DNA of 64,000 nt from Candidatus Latescibacterota bacterium. GTDB taxonomy: Bacteria; Latescibacterota; UBA2968; GCA-2709665. Position numbers and translations under genes: made by a program. The DNA lies in assembly GCA_965219995.1 (NCBI GenBank), contig CBDCOX010000002.1, positions 2,368,001 through 2,432,000 of the forward strand. Reading direction: 5' to 3'. Shown piece by piece: positions 1 through 10,689 of the stretch (position 1 is the stretch's first letter; each line of letters opens with the position of its first letter). The notes beneath the pieces were generated by a model. The model was not told where the DNA came from, did no database searches, and was given only the letters and a program-made list of their open reading frames with translations.

Positions 1-759
1 GCCAGGTCGGCGGGCGAGGCAATCCGCTGCGCCCGGGTCCACCGTAAGAGGAGTGGGTCTGAATTGGAATGAAGGAGACGAATGGAAATCGTAGAGAGGC
101 GGCTCCGGCATTACTGCCGCATTGGCGGAGTCGGAAGGAGAGGAAAACGGGAATGGGAGATCTTCTTCAAGACGATTGGCCCGATTCACGTCGTTCACGT
201 TTCGTACCCGTCGAAACGATGCGGTCGCCGGGGCCATCCCCGCTGCTACTGGCCTGAGTACCATGTCCACTCCCTCCCTTTTGCCTTCCATAATTCAGTC
301 TGGCCCGCCGGATGCGCTTGAGTCGCGGTTTCCGGCTGTGCGGGCTTGTGGGACTGTGAGCAGGTTGGAAAGGATACGCCGAATCGATCTTCGGAATACC
401 GCTTCGGCGTCGTTTCTGGATGAAGTCGTTGCGGCGGAAGCCGCAGGAGTCCTTGCAGTCTAGAAACAAAGTGTTATCGACCTGGTACTGTGGCTCCTTT
501 CTCTGCTGTTTTCAGCCGAAATCGTGTCGCGGTTAAGTTAAACCAACCGCAGGAGACCGGCAAATCGAAACCGGTGTGAGGCGACGTATGGATATTGGCC
601 GGCCAACCGTACGTTCGTCTCGCATCGTCGATATTCTGACAATCCTACTTGGTCGGCCGCCCTTCGACGTAATGGACAAGAACCCTCGATTCACAACATG
701 CCCGGAAAACTTCGCACGAGTATTACGCAATGTCAATGATGAAGGTTTGTCCGCACGTC

Positions 760-1458
760 CTAAACTTGCCCCAGTTTCCAATTTCTGCGATACGTGGTCG
801 GGTTCGTCCCGTACTTCTCCTTGAAAGCCTTGCTGAACGTCGATAAAGATCCAAAGCCGCAGAGGTAGGCGATTTCCGAAATCGACGCCGAGGTGCCGGT
901 CAGTACTTCTTCGGCCTTGGCCAGACGAACGCTGCGCAGACTCACGCTGAACGATTCTCCCAGATGTTTCTTGAACAGGGTATATCCATACGACTTCGAG
1001 AACCGGAAATGACGCTCGAGATCCTCGAATCTCAATTGGGGATTGCTGTAATTGTCTTCGAGAAACGACTCCAGACGGCTCTTCCACATGTCCTGCAATG
1101 GCATATATCTGCGAATGTTCGCCAGAAATACATCCCTGTCGATCGGTTTGTCCGTTACGCTCATGGCAAACGGCTTCTGGACGTTTTCTCCCAGTTCGGA
1201 GGTCCCCATACTGGTCACGAGCAAGATGGCTGTCCGGATCTCCTCCGCCTTCACACCTTCCAATAGTGTTATCCCGTCCTTATCCTCGACACAGGCAACG
1301 ACCACGGCGAGGTCGATCCTGTCCTTCCTCAGAATCTCAAGTCCGTCCGTTCCATCTTCCGCCGTGAGGATCTCATAGGGTTCGTCCTGCAGGAATCCTG
1401 CCAGTTCCGACGTGACAACCGGATCTCGATCCACAATCAGAATTTTCCGCCTATCCAT
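760..1458 (-). CDS. AraC-family response regulator with atypical (Asp-less) receiver domain, copy 1
   Basis: Start at MDRRKILIV gives 232 aa, the same length as the neighbouring paralog. REC-like N-terminus (KILIVD...DLAVV...DKP) and AraC HTH signature (SISEIAYLCGFGSLSTFSKAFKEKYGTNPTTYR). Confidence 0.9.
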   Translation of the reverse strand: MDRRKILIVDRDPVVTSELAGFLQDEPYEILTAEDGTDGLEILRKDRIDLAVVVACVEDKDGITLLEGVKAEEIRTAILLVTSMGTSELGENVQKPFAMSVTDKPIDRDVFLANIRRYMPLQDMWKSRLESFLEDNYSNPQLRFEDLERHFRFSKSYGYTLFKKHLGESFSVSLRSVRLAKAEEVLTGTSASISEIAYLCGFGSLSTFSKAFKEKYGTNPTTYRRNWKLGQV

Positions 1459-1626
1459 TACGTTAGTACCCCCCCCCGGTAATCGAAGTTGCACCACACA
1501 GAAATACCACGCAAATGCCTCAGGGAATCTCCGGACAAAGGCGCTCCGGAGCGGGTCATCGCGGTTCACTCTAAGAATATCTGTGACGGAATTCCGATGT
1601 CAAGACCGCAAGTTTGTTCTGGAGTA

Positions 1627-2325
1627 CTATATTTGTCCCAGTTTACAATTTCTGCGATATGTAGTTGGATTTCTGCCATTTTTCGACTTGAATACCTTGC
1701 TGAACGTCGACAGGGATGCGAAGCCGCACAGGTAGGCGATTTCCGATACCGATGCCGAGGTGTCCTTCAGCGCTTTCTCCGCCTTGGCCAGGCGAACTCG
1801 ACGCAGCCGAGATGTGAACGACTCTCCCAGACGCGTCCTGAACAATCCATATCCATAGGTTCTGGAAAACCTGAAGTGGCGCTCGACGTCTTCGAATTTC
1901 AGTTCCGGATTGCTGTAGTTGTTTTCCAGAAACGAATCCAGCCGGTGTTCCCATTTGTCTTGCATGGGCAGACAATTCCGTATACTCGCCAGGAACGAAT
2001 CCCTGTCTATCGGCTTATCAAATGCGCTTACGGCATAGGCGCTGTTCGAATTCCGCAGCGAATCCATCTTTCCGAACCTCGTCACGAGCAACATCACCGT
2101 GCGGATCTCCTCTGTTCTCACGCCCTCCAGGAGTGTTCTGCCGGCCATATCCTGTACAGACGCCTCGATCACGGCAAGGTCGATCCTCTCGGTTCTGACG
2201 ATTTCGAGGCCTCTTTTCCCGTTTTCCGCCGTGACGATCTCACAGGGTTCGTCCTTCAGGAATCCAGCAAGTGTCGACATTGTGCCCGACTCACTCCCAA
2301 CGATCAATATCTTCGGCTTGTTCAT
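1627..2325 (-). CDS. AraC-family response regulator with atypical receiver domain, copy 2
   Basis: 232 aa. REC-like N-terminus and AraC HTH (SVSEIAYLCGFASLSTFSKVFK...PTTYRR). Clear paralog of 760-1458. Confidence 0.9.
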   Translation of the reverse strand: MNKPKILIVGSESGTMSTLAGFLKDEPCEIVTAENGKRGLEIVRTERIDLAVIEASVQDMAGRTLLEGVRTEEIRTVMLLVTRFGKMDSLRNSNSAYAVSAFDKPIDRDSFLASIRNCLPMQDKWEHRLDSFLENNYSNPELKFEDVERHFRFSRTYGYGLFRTRLGESFTSRLRRVRLAKAEKALKDTSASVSEIAYLCGFASLSTFSKVFKSKNGRNPTTYRRNCKLGQI

Positions 2326-3131
2326 GTGTCAAGTCCCCGGGAAAATATGGGTTACCTGTTCCCCTGGCGCACAGACGCACCGGGTACGAGCGGTACAGAG
2401 TCTCCGGAGTACGCCGGTTTACAGCCGGCCGTTACATCGCACGCCATTAACGCATGCACCGGAAACGGGGATGAAAACAGTTCGAAAGGAAGATGACTCG
2501 GGAGAGGATGTGGCTTGATCGCCAGCAGAACTACCGGGAGAGGGAGCGAATCTGCTGATCTGCGATTGATGCGACTGCGAGGAAATCGAAAACACCGGGC
2601 CCGGCACACTGGCGGTGCTGAGCGCGAAGGCAGGATTTTTGGGTGAGAACGCCATATTCAAGAGTGCGAACGGTCCTACGAATTGTGGGTTTATCTTTCG
2701 GTCCTGTGGATTCCAAAAGGATCGGTGTCAATTACCTGATGACCCCAAGACCGAATTGCTCATCCTTCTGTCTTACACAATCAACAAACCGTTCACGCAA
2801 TTGTCGGCGGCGTTTCCCTCCCGAATGGGTCCGGAATGAGTGAGTACCGATGACCTGTTCAGTGATGGGCAACCAGGGAGCGTCACTCAGAGCAGGTCGA
2901 TTCTTATTCCGTTCGATAATTGCGCTTCACACGCTCCTTGTCCGCCTGAAGTTCCAAAAAAAAATGGGCCGGACGATAAGTTCCCAAATAATCGAAACTT
3001 ATAAATCTCGACCCGTCGAGGAACCAGGTTTAGCCGTGCGTATCAACGGTTGCGTCGGTGGCGTATGTGATGCAACTACGGTTCTCCGGTCCTGCCCTGA
3101 ATCGGCGCGACGATCTTCCGCCTTTTCTCCC

Positions 3132-6100
3132 TCATCGATAAACGATCAACCGCTCTTTCTCACGCACGCGTTTCCGGCCGTCGTCCGCGGTAACCGTATA
3201 CAGGTAGACGCCATTGGCCAGCAGATGCCCGTCGGCATCCCGGCCGTCCCACCGGACCTGGTTATAACCCGCCCGCCCGGGAACGCGATCCAGGTTCCGG
3301 ATCAGTCGACCGGAAATCGTAAAGATGCGAATGCTCACATCCGCCGGACGGGACAGAATGTACGTAAAGTCCGTGGCCCCGGCGGTGGGATTCGGTACGT
3401 TCAGCACGCTCTCGATCGCGAGGTCCGAAGATACCTGGAACGCCACGGATTTTTCAGCCGGGCCGTTGCCCAGTTGATCGGTACCTGAAACCGCAAGCGT
3501 ATAACGTCCGTCATCCAGGCGCGATGACCAGGTAAATCGTAACGACGTCGGATCCTCTTTCCGGTCCACCACCCGGTCCGAGGCCAGTCCGTCCGAGATT
3601 TCACCGCCGGTTCCTGTGAGGACAATCCGCACCGACCCGCCGTCAATCCCGCTCGAATCCCGAAATACCGCCGAGAACGTCGGCGTCGCCGGCAGAAAGT
3701 CGTCGGGACGCACCTCACCCGCGGCGTCCAACGCAACCAGGTCCAGTTCAGGGCCCGCCCTATCGTCGCTCGGATGGACTTCAACCGCCTTCTCGGCGGT
3801 GGTCTCTCTCGCGTAATAGCTACGGCCGCCCGAGAGATCCTCCAGCCGGGCTGTAACGACGTTCGTCCCTGCAAATCTCGCGGTATTCCAGACGTGGGAC
3901 ACGGAGGCCGTTTCGCCGGCAGGGGTTCCTTCGGGCACCGACGCCCTTCCAATCAGCCGTCCGTCTTCGGGCGCGCCGCTGTAAAACGCCACCACGGCCC
4001 CCGGAACCAGATCCAGAGGTCCCATGTTCCGGGCCTGGACCGTCAGCCGCACGGGATCCAGTTCATCGACTTCCAGGGACGACGCTTCCAGCCCGGACAG
4101 AAAGAGATCGGACTGCGGCCGGTACCGTACCTGCCAACCGATGAGTCCGGCGGACGGTCCCAGTTTCTCTCCGTACAGCCGGACCCGGATCCGGATGCGG
4201 TTTTCTCTGATGTCGCTCAGATTGATCTCGTCGTCGGCCTCAAGGCTGCTCCACTCGGCAAGAGGGACGAATCCGCCGGACGGCGTCGCACCCAGAATAT
4301 CCACCTCCGCCCGCCCGCCGGTCACCTCGCGGACGTCGAGCGTCAGGCCATGCCATGCGCCGGCAGGACCGATCGGATCCGATACGAGAGTCCCATACGG
4401 CGGCAGCGTTTTCCCCGCGTACCGGTAAACCGTCGGGCCGTTCAGCTGACCCATCCACACCTTGTTGTTCATCCAGTCGTACTGACCGGTCAAAATATCG
4501 GTCTCCGCCTGGTCACTGTCGTATTCTTCGACAAATTCCCCGCTCCGGGCATCGACCACCCGAACCCTGTGGGTCAGTCCGGTTCCGAATTCTATCAGGT
4601 ACAGGTATCTTCCGTCCGCAATTACGCCGTCCGTGACCAGATAGGCAAACCCGGTCTCGGTTGGCGCTACGGTGAATTCGCGCTCCACCCTCCAGCCGTC
4701 CGCCGGATCGAACACGCGTACCGACCATCCCGCGCGCTGCACGCCATCCACCGCTGCCGCGAGGTTGTAAATGTAGGTACCGTCCGACGTGATCAGCGAA
4801 TGCCCGTCGAATACCAGTCCGGTTCGAAACTCCATCAACCCGTCCGGCACACTCACGCGGTCCACAACGCCCGTTGCGGGCGCGATCCTCAAAAGTTCGC
4901 GTCCACGCCGGTTGTCGGCGTAGATAAACCCGTCGCCATGGTAGGTTGCCGAAACGCCCAGCACGGGCGACTCGGAAAGGGCCCCGTGATTCTGTCCGGC
5001 TCGAGTGCCCCCGAACCCCGTGCCGATCCGCTCGAATATATCGGTTCCGGGATAATCCGTGGTAGGGGAATAGAACCGGCTTACATAAAGGTAGGCCCCA
5101 TCCGTACACAACACGCCGGTACCCCGGACGCCCTCGGCCGCGAACGCCTCTTCGCGCGTGTCCGCGTTCAGCCGCAATGGAGGCGGATCGACCACCCGCG
5201 AAATCGCACCATCCGACAGCCGAACGTCTGTTGCGGCCGCCGACCTGAGGACGCCGGCGGCGCCCTGTTGCCAAAGGACCTCTCGCGCGGGCGCGGCGGT
5301 CCGCGCGTTGAAGTCCCTGGTCTCGGACCAGGCCCCGAATTCCTCACCCTCTCGCACTCGAGTCCGCCAGAAGTAGGTTCCGGGAGCCAGTTCGGGCGCT
5401 TCCCACAACACGAGCCCCGCACGCCCCGCAATGGATCCGGATCGAATCACACCCGGGCCGTCGAACGCCGGCGAACCGCTCACCTGGAATTCTCCGTGCA
5501 TTTCCCGCGCGCCGGTCTCCGTCCGCACGGCCAGCCTTACCCCGGAAGCGGGTACCACCTGGCTCTGCCTTGGCATCGTGGGAATGGCCGACAGACTTCC
5601 AACCACGTCCAACTCGACCTCCACGTGGTTGTTGGCTTCATCCAACTCCCGAATCTCATCATCGGGATCCACCGTGAGCGCCAACGCGTGTCTCCCGGCG
5701 CGTCCCGACAGCCGCCACATCACCGCCGTGCTGTCCGACTGGCCGAAGGCGGGGAAAACGCCCGCGAACAGTGTATCCGCCTCTCCCCGATCCAGATTGC
5801 GATCCACCAGTACAACCGCAGGCCCCGCGCGAGGCGTGATCCCTATGTTCTCTATCCGGATGGCGATCCGAACCGAATCATCCACTGTCAATTGTGCGGC
5901 CCGCGCGACGTTCAGGCTTCCGGAATCCAGCAGGAAGTCCGGTTCGGGCAATATGGCAAGCTCCTGTGCCGGGTCTCCAATCAATTGGATACCGAGGGTA
6001 AGTGTCTTCAGTTCAGGAAACCGTGTATCCAGCGCCGCCTTGGCCACCGCCAGACCGGCGCCGAATTCCCGAACCCCGTCTCTGAAAAACGCCGCAAACA

Positions 6101-8900
6101 GGCGGTCGTTCAGAAAGTCGTTGGTGATGACGCCGGCAAGCGCTGACGCCGAGATGTATGCGATCGCGCCGCCATCCGCCTTCCTGGTCATTTCCGCGGC
6201 AAGGCACGTGAATCTCGGATCCGAAAACTGCCCGTTCAAACACGACAGTGCCACCACAATCGGCAGTCGTTCCGCATTGACAATCTGGCGCATGTAATTG
6301 TAGCTCTCTCGCTGAAAACTCCCTCTCAGGAACCGCGCCATTCCCGAGACGCTTCCGTGTCCCAGAAAGTTCACCAGCAGCCGTCCTTCGTTGATCTGCC
6401 GGATCACCTCGCCGGTATCTTCATTGGGTTCAGGCCCGATATCCTCATCGTTGTAGACCTTAAAGGATTCGAGACCCAGCGGCGCGGTGTAGTTCGCCGC
6501 CAGACGGTCGCTGGGCGCCGTGAAGATTGACAACGGATCGTAGTTGGCCATAAACAGCACCCGGTCCCGCCAACGTTCATTCGGCGCCCGATCGTACGAT
6601 TCGATTTTCCGGACCAGTGCGGCGGCCTCGCGGCGGGTGACCATCGGGAGGCGACCCACGAAAACATCCTGGAACAGGTCGTCCTCGGGTCCCGCGACGG
6701 CGCCGAAAAAATGGTCCGAATACGCCAGTCCCCTCCTCACGGACTGGAAGGGAAGCGAGGGAACCAGAGACCTGTCCACGTGCCGCACAATGGCGGATTC
6801 GTCAAAGTTGCGCCGGTAGTCGAAGCTGTCGGGGCCGAATAACAGGAGATAGGTCGGTCGCCTCGTCCAGTTCTCCCACGCGTGCCGCATGAATCGACGG
6901 ATCGCCTGAGGTTCGAACTGCCCGAAGGAGAACGCATCGTAAATCTCCGTGACGTCCGCGATCTGCACCCGCAACCCCTGCGCGCGGCGGTGATCGGCCA
7001 GGCGCTCCGCCGCCTCGCGAAACCGGGGATGGATGACGATCACATAGTCGGCCCCGTCGTTTCCGAACGCCGGCACTTCGGCCGCCTCCCCGGCCGGCGC
7101 CCGCCGGATGGCCTCCGAATCCATCGCAACAAAACGTCCGGTCACGGCCGGCAGCTCGAACCGGGCTTGAAATCCCGTCTCCGACGGCGTCACCTGAATG
7201 TCCCGGATCTTCCGTGCCCCCGCGACGTCGTAGACGGAGACGTCGGCCGTTCGAAAACCCGCGATTGAGAAAGTCCTGCCCTCGTCGGCTTCGTCCGGCA
7301 CGAAATCCAGCCTTCCCTCCACACATTCAAACCGCCGGGAATATACGACCTGTACCCAGTTGAGAAACACGTGCTCGATATAGTTCGCCGGGAAATCCCC
7401 GGCGCCCGGGGTCGCCAGGGTCACCCGGCTCGTATCCGCCAGTTCCGACACCGGCACCACCCCTTCCGCCACGAACGCGCGTTTCCCGTCCCATCGGTCG
7501 TCAGCCACAATCGTGCCGTTCGAAAGCCGCACAACGGTGCGGTGATCGGGTTCGAAGAGTCGTCTGAACGTCAGCGCGTGCATACCCACCCGAATGCGGG
7601 CTGTCGTCCCTTCGGTGCGGTCCAGTCCCGGAAGTGTCACGGGCACCGTCACGGGGAACTCGCCCACGTTCTGAAAACTCGTACCCGGCCGTCCCGGCGA
7701 TCCGGTCCGCCCCCAGTACCAGTGGTCCCGGTCTGCGTCGGGCGCGTCTCCGAGCGGATCGTAGAGAGAATCGACTTCGGCATGCGCCAGGTGGGTGAAT
7801 CGAAGGGTTTCGGGAAATCCGTTTTGCGGCGAACCGTCCACCGGCTCATACCGGCGGCCGGGTCGGCCGTCCAGCGTCAGCCAATAGACCTGTTCGCGTC
7901 CGAGTTCATGCTCGAAGTCCCGATCCGGCGCGCGGCGATACTCCCCATGAAAGATCGCGCCCTCGCCCTCGCGCAACACGCCGTCTCCGTCGTCCTGTAC
8001 GTCTACGGGTACCTCCTGACCGTTCAGAAAAACCTTCAATCGTTCCAGATCGCCCGCCTGAAGCGCGATGCCGGCATCGCCGAACCAGTTCGCGTCCAGC
8101 CGGTACAGGCCGTCACTCCGTACCCGGATTTTGTAGTAGGCTGCAGCCGGATCCAGGCCCTCCGCGATCCGGAGCTTTCGCAGCCCGTCAGGTTGTTCGG
8201 CCCGGCCCCTCCAGGGCCGGGCCTGCTCCGCATTCAACAGCACGTTCCGGTAGAATTCCTCGAAACCGCCGCCCGTGCCTTCGTCTGAAGCGCGAACTCT
8301 GATGGATCGTTCATCACGCACGAATTGCACGCGTATGCGCAGCCTGCGGGCGATCCGCAGCTGTTGCCGCGCCGGATTGTACTGAATTGGCCTTAAGGAA
8401 ATTCCTGCGACCCGCTGATCCCGCAGGACGCCGATGCGCGTAACCACCGCCGGTTCCGCCGGATAGAGTCCGTCACGGGCGTAGAATTCGGCATCCGGCT
8501 CGTAAATTTCCACCTCCGTCCTGTAAGGCCCCCGGCCCGCCGGCCTGGACTCCGGCGCGGGCAGCAACAGCACGCCGGATATCACATCGAACTCCGCTTC
8601 CAGGACCGTTACGACGACCCGCGTTCCGTAAGGCACCCCCAGAAGCGTTCCCCGCACAGGCACCGCCGGACGCCCGGGTTCGGGCAGCAACCTGCCGCCG
8701 GGTAACTGAACCACGGTGTAGACTGAACCCTCGAGATGGACCTCACGAAGCCGATAGTCGGATCCATCAACCTCGATCTCCACCCCGTCTTCACCCGCCC
8801 ACACGAGGCGGGGCTGTCCTGTGTATGCCTCGGTCGCTACGTCTGCAATCATCAGCATCAATGAGCAAACCGCACAGACCTGAAGGAAACGTGCAGCCAT
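3132..8900 (-). CDS. Secreted C25-family (gingipain/PorU-like) cysteine peptidase with propeptide, CARDB/Ig domains and C-terminal FlgD-Ig (T9SS-like) domain
   Basis: Signal peptide; C25 propeptide (PGRPAVPV...PIQYNP); ADYVIVIHP...RLADHRR; catalytic His in NFLGHG and Cys in LSCLNG; LIGDPA; CARDB-like VDPDDEIRELDEANN; C-terminal NVPNP...IFTISGRLIR...WDGRD...NGVYLY. Confidence 0.88.
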   Translation of the reverse strand: MAARFLQVCAVCSLMLMIADVATEAYTGQPRLVWAGEDGVEIEVDGSDYRLREVHLEGSVYTVVQLPGGRLLPEPGRPAVPVRGTLLGVPYGTRVVVTVLEAEFDVISGVLLLPAPESRPAGRGPYRTEVEIYEPDAEFYARDGLYPAEPAVVTRIGVLRDQRVAGISLRPIQYNPARQQLRIARRLRIRVQFVRDERSIRVRASDEGTGGGFEEFYRNVLLNAEQARPWRGRAEQPDGLRKLRIAEGLDPAAAYYKIRVRSDGLYRLDANWFGDAGIALQAGDLERLKVFLNGQEVPVDVQDDGDGVLREGEGAIFHGEYRRAPDRDFEHELGREQVYWLTLDGRPGRRYEPVDGSPQNGFPETLRFTHLAHAEVDSLYDPLGDAPDADRDHWYWGRTGSPGRPGTSFQNVGEFPVTVPVTLPGLDRTEGTTARIRVGMHALTFRRLFEPDHRTVVRLSNGTIVADDRWDGKRAFVAEGVVPVSELADTSRVTLATPGAGDFPANYIEHVFLNWVQVVYSRRFECVEGRLDFVPDEADEGRTFSIAGFRTADVSVYDVAGARKIRDIQVTPSETGFQARFELPAVTGRFVAMDSEAIRRAPAGEAAEVPAFGNDGADYVIVIHPRFREAAERLADHRRAQGLRVQIADVTEIYDAFSFGQFEPQAIRRFMRHAWENWTRRPTYLLLFGPDSFDYRRNFDESAIVRHVDRSLVPSLPFQSVRRGLAYSDHFFGAVAGPEDDLFQDVFVGRLPMVTRREAAALVRKIESYDRAPNERWRDRVLFMANYDPLSIFTAPSDRLAANYTAPLGLESFKVYNDEDIGPEPNEDTGEVIRQINEGRLLVNFLGHGSVSGMARFLRGSFQRESYNYMRQIVNAERLPIVVALSCLNGQFSDPRFTCLAAEMTRKADGGAIAYISASALAGVITNDFLNDRLFAAFFRDGVREFGAGLAVAKAALDTRFPELKTLTLGIQLIGDPAQELAILPEPDFLLDSGSLNVARAAQLTVDDSVRIAIRIENIGITPRAGPAVVLVDRNLDRGEADTLFAGVFPAFGQSDSTAVMWRLSGRAGRHALALTVDPDDEIRELDEANNHVEVELDVVGSLSAIPTMPRQSQVVPASGVRLAVRTETGAREMHGEFQVSGSPAFDGPGVIRSGSIAGRAGLVLWEAPELAPGTYFWRTRVREGEEFGAWSETRDFNARTAAPAREVLWQQGAAGVLRSAAATDVRLSDGAISRVVDPPPLRLNADTREEAFAAEGVRGTGVLCTDGAYLYVSRFYSPTTDYPGTDIFERIGTGFGGTRAGQNHGALSESPVLGVSATYHGDGFIYADNRRGRELLRIAPATGVVDRVSVPDGLMEFRTGLVFDGHSLITSDGTYIYNLAAAVDGVQRAGWSVRVFDPADGWRVEREFTVAPTETGFAYLVTDGVIADGRYLYLIEFGTGLTHRVRVVDARSGEFVEEYDSDQAETDILTGQYDWMNNKVWMGQLNGPTVYRYAGKTLPPYGTLVSDPIGPAGAWHGLTLDVREVTGGRAEVDILGATPSGGFVPLAEWSSLEADDEINLSDIRENRIRIRVRLYGEKLGPSAGLIGWQVRYRPQSDLFLSGLEASSLEVDELDPVRLTVQARNMGPLDLVPGAVVAFYSGAPEDGRLIGRASVPEGTPAGETASVSHVWNTARFAGTNVVTARLEDLSGGRSYYARETTAEKAVEVHPSDDRAGPELDLVALDAAGEVRPDDFLPATPTFSAVFRDSSGIDGGSVRIVLTGTGGEISDGLASDRVVDRKEDPTSLRFTWSSRLDDGRYTLAVSGTDQLGNGPAEKSVAFQVSSDLAIESVLNVPNPTAGATDFTYILSRPADVSIRIFTISGRLIRNLDRVPGRAGYNQVRWDGRDADGHLLANGVYLYTVTADDGRKRVREKERLIVYR

Positions 8901-8905
8901 ACCCC

Positions 8906-10507
8906 TTACCTTCGCTCGATTAACGGCTTCAACTCCCGGATACCCGTCCCGTCGAAAACCGCCACACGGCTTCCGTACGAGGGTTCCAGTACGACCTCGG
9001 CACGCGACGGGCCGTGTATCCGGACTCTACCCCATGTTCTCGTTACGGTCCCCGGACGCAACCGCTTGCCGTCTTCCCCGTAGAACGTCGTGGCATCCTT
9101 CCGACCGTGTACAGACAGGTAACCGCCACTTCTGATTTCAATCCGCCAGCGCATCGGACCCAGTTGCCTGACGTCGCTGGAAAACCCCCCGGGATCCGTA
9201 AGCCAGCAATGATTGACCGCAACCGCCGATGACGCCTCCCCCGCGCGGACCGCCAGCGCATTGCCAAGTCCGAAGGCGTACAACGGTATGTCTCCCAGAC
9301 TGCCAGGCAGGCTGAGCGCGGAAGGCACGTTAAAAACATAAACTGTTCCATCGCTTTCTTTCGTAAGCCGCGCCAGCGAATCCAGGACGTTTTCACTCAG
9401 GACGGAAGCCTCCCGCCAGAAAAACCCCTCACGAGCGAGCACCACGCCATAATAGCAGATCACCGCTGCAAGCATAAGGTTTCTGCACCACAGGACCCGC
9501 GTACGGTTCGGCCGCCATGCCGTCCAGACGTTCGCAACCGCAATGCAGAAGAAAACGGAAGGCAGATAAAGGTACCAGCGGTGTACCCGTCCCAGAACGG
9601 GAACCAGGCTGATCACTGTCAACCCACCCAGAACCATCGTATCCCGCAATACTTCCCGCGGGCGGCCCGACAAACAAAATACGCCGACGGTCGCGGCCAG
9701 CAGAACAACACCGAAGAGACGAACATCCGTCATTCCCAGCTTCGCCCCGGATTTGAGAATGTCCAGGCCGATCCCCGCCGCCGTCAGATCCCGATCCGGT
9801 ATCCCCGTGAAGACCCCGCCCAGCACGATCCAGCGTGCGCACAGGGTAACGCCAACGGTCCCGACACTGCACGCCACGGCACGCCGGGCCGTCGCGGAAC
9901 GAACCGTCCCGCAATAAACGAAAAGGACGAGAAGCACTCCTGGCAGAGCCAGCGCCATCTCCTTCGAAAACAGCGCCAGCAGGGCACACAGGCTTGCGGC
10001 CGCCATCATTCCCGGAGACGGACGGCGCTGGTACGCCAGAAACAGGAGCAGCGCCGACAGATAGAACATCGCACAGACGGAGTCCGTGCGGCCCACGATC
10101 CAGAATATCGTGTCCGTGTGGACGGGAAGCACCAGAAAGAGAAGGCACGCCGTCCAGGCGCCCAATGCCCGGTCCAGCAACTGCCGCGCCAGCAGATAAA
10201 CCAGTATGGCGCAGAGACAGTGAATCAGGACGTTGCCGACATGATAAAGCAGAGGTTCATACGCGGTGAACAGATACGTGACGTAAAACGTCAGGGTGAC
10301 GACCGGACGATAGTAGCCCCCGGCGCCCGCGAGGCCGGTCCAACCGGTGGTTAGAACAGATGGTATTCCCTCCGCACACAGACGGAGGTGACCCCAGTCA
10401 TCGTCTAGCAATGCCACCCCTGAAGAAATCCAGGCAAGCAGAACGGCGAAGAACCCGAACACCAGACATCCCGATAAGGTCCAGCCGATGGAACCGTGGT
10501 CCCGCAA
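8906..10507 (-). CDS. GT-C fold membrane glycosyltransferase (PMT/TMTC-like)
   Basis: Acidic DDD motif after the first TM helix, then YYRPV, YHVGNVLIH, PVHTDTIFWIVGR, ALFSKEMA; many TM segments. Confidence 0.75.
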   Translation of the reverse strand: MRDHGSIGWTLSGCLVFGFFAVLLAWISSGVALLDDDWGHLRLCAEGIPSVLTTGWTGLAGAGGYYRPVVTLTFYVTYLFTAYEPLLYHVGNVLIHCLCAILVYLLARQLLDRALGAWTACLLFLVLPVHTDTIFWIVGRTDSVCAMFYLSALLLFLAYQRRPSPGMMAAASLCALLALFSKEMALALPGVLLVLFVYCGTVRSATARRAVACSVGTVGVTLCARWIVLGGVFTGIPDRDLTAAGIGLDILKSGAKLGMTDVRLFGVVLLAATVGVFCLSGRPREVLRDTMVLGGLTVISLVPVLGRVHRWYLYLPSVFFCIAVANVWTAWRPNRTRVLWCRNLMLAAVICYYGVVLAREGFFWREASVLSENVLDSLARLTKESDGTVYVFNVPSALSLPGSLGDIPLYAFGLGNALAVRAGEASSAVAVNHCWLTDPGGFSSDVRQLGPMRWRIEIRSGGYLSVHGRKDATTFYGEDGKRLRPGTVTRTWGRVRIHGPSRAEVVLEPSYGSRVAVFDGTGIRELKPLIERR

Positions 10508-10689
10508 AACGACTCCAAAATAAAAAAACCGGCGTCAGGCCAGCCCCGTCCCTGCCATCGAGAGGGTTCGGACGGTCCAACGCCAGTTGATTGATTCTCA
10601 TGATGCCGGATCGCGAATCGTGCGCCGCCGAGGCTGCTCCGACCGCCACCGTGACCCGGCCCGCCTGCACGCCGGGATTATGTATTCAC

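Noticed and set aside
1-759. Short ORFs at the left edge, including an open minus-strand frame running off the window and a 22-aa ORF behind a strong RBS at 264
   Set aside because: No recognisable motifs; they cannot be supported without the flanking sequence.
3774-6146. Long plus-strand ORF (790 aa) and similar antisense ORFs (e.g. 19489-21333, 36120-37736, 59719-62106)
   Set aside because: These are shadows of well-supported genes on the opposite strand in GC-rich DNA, with no family motifs.
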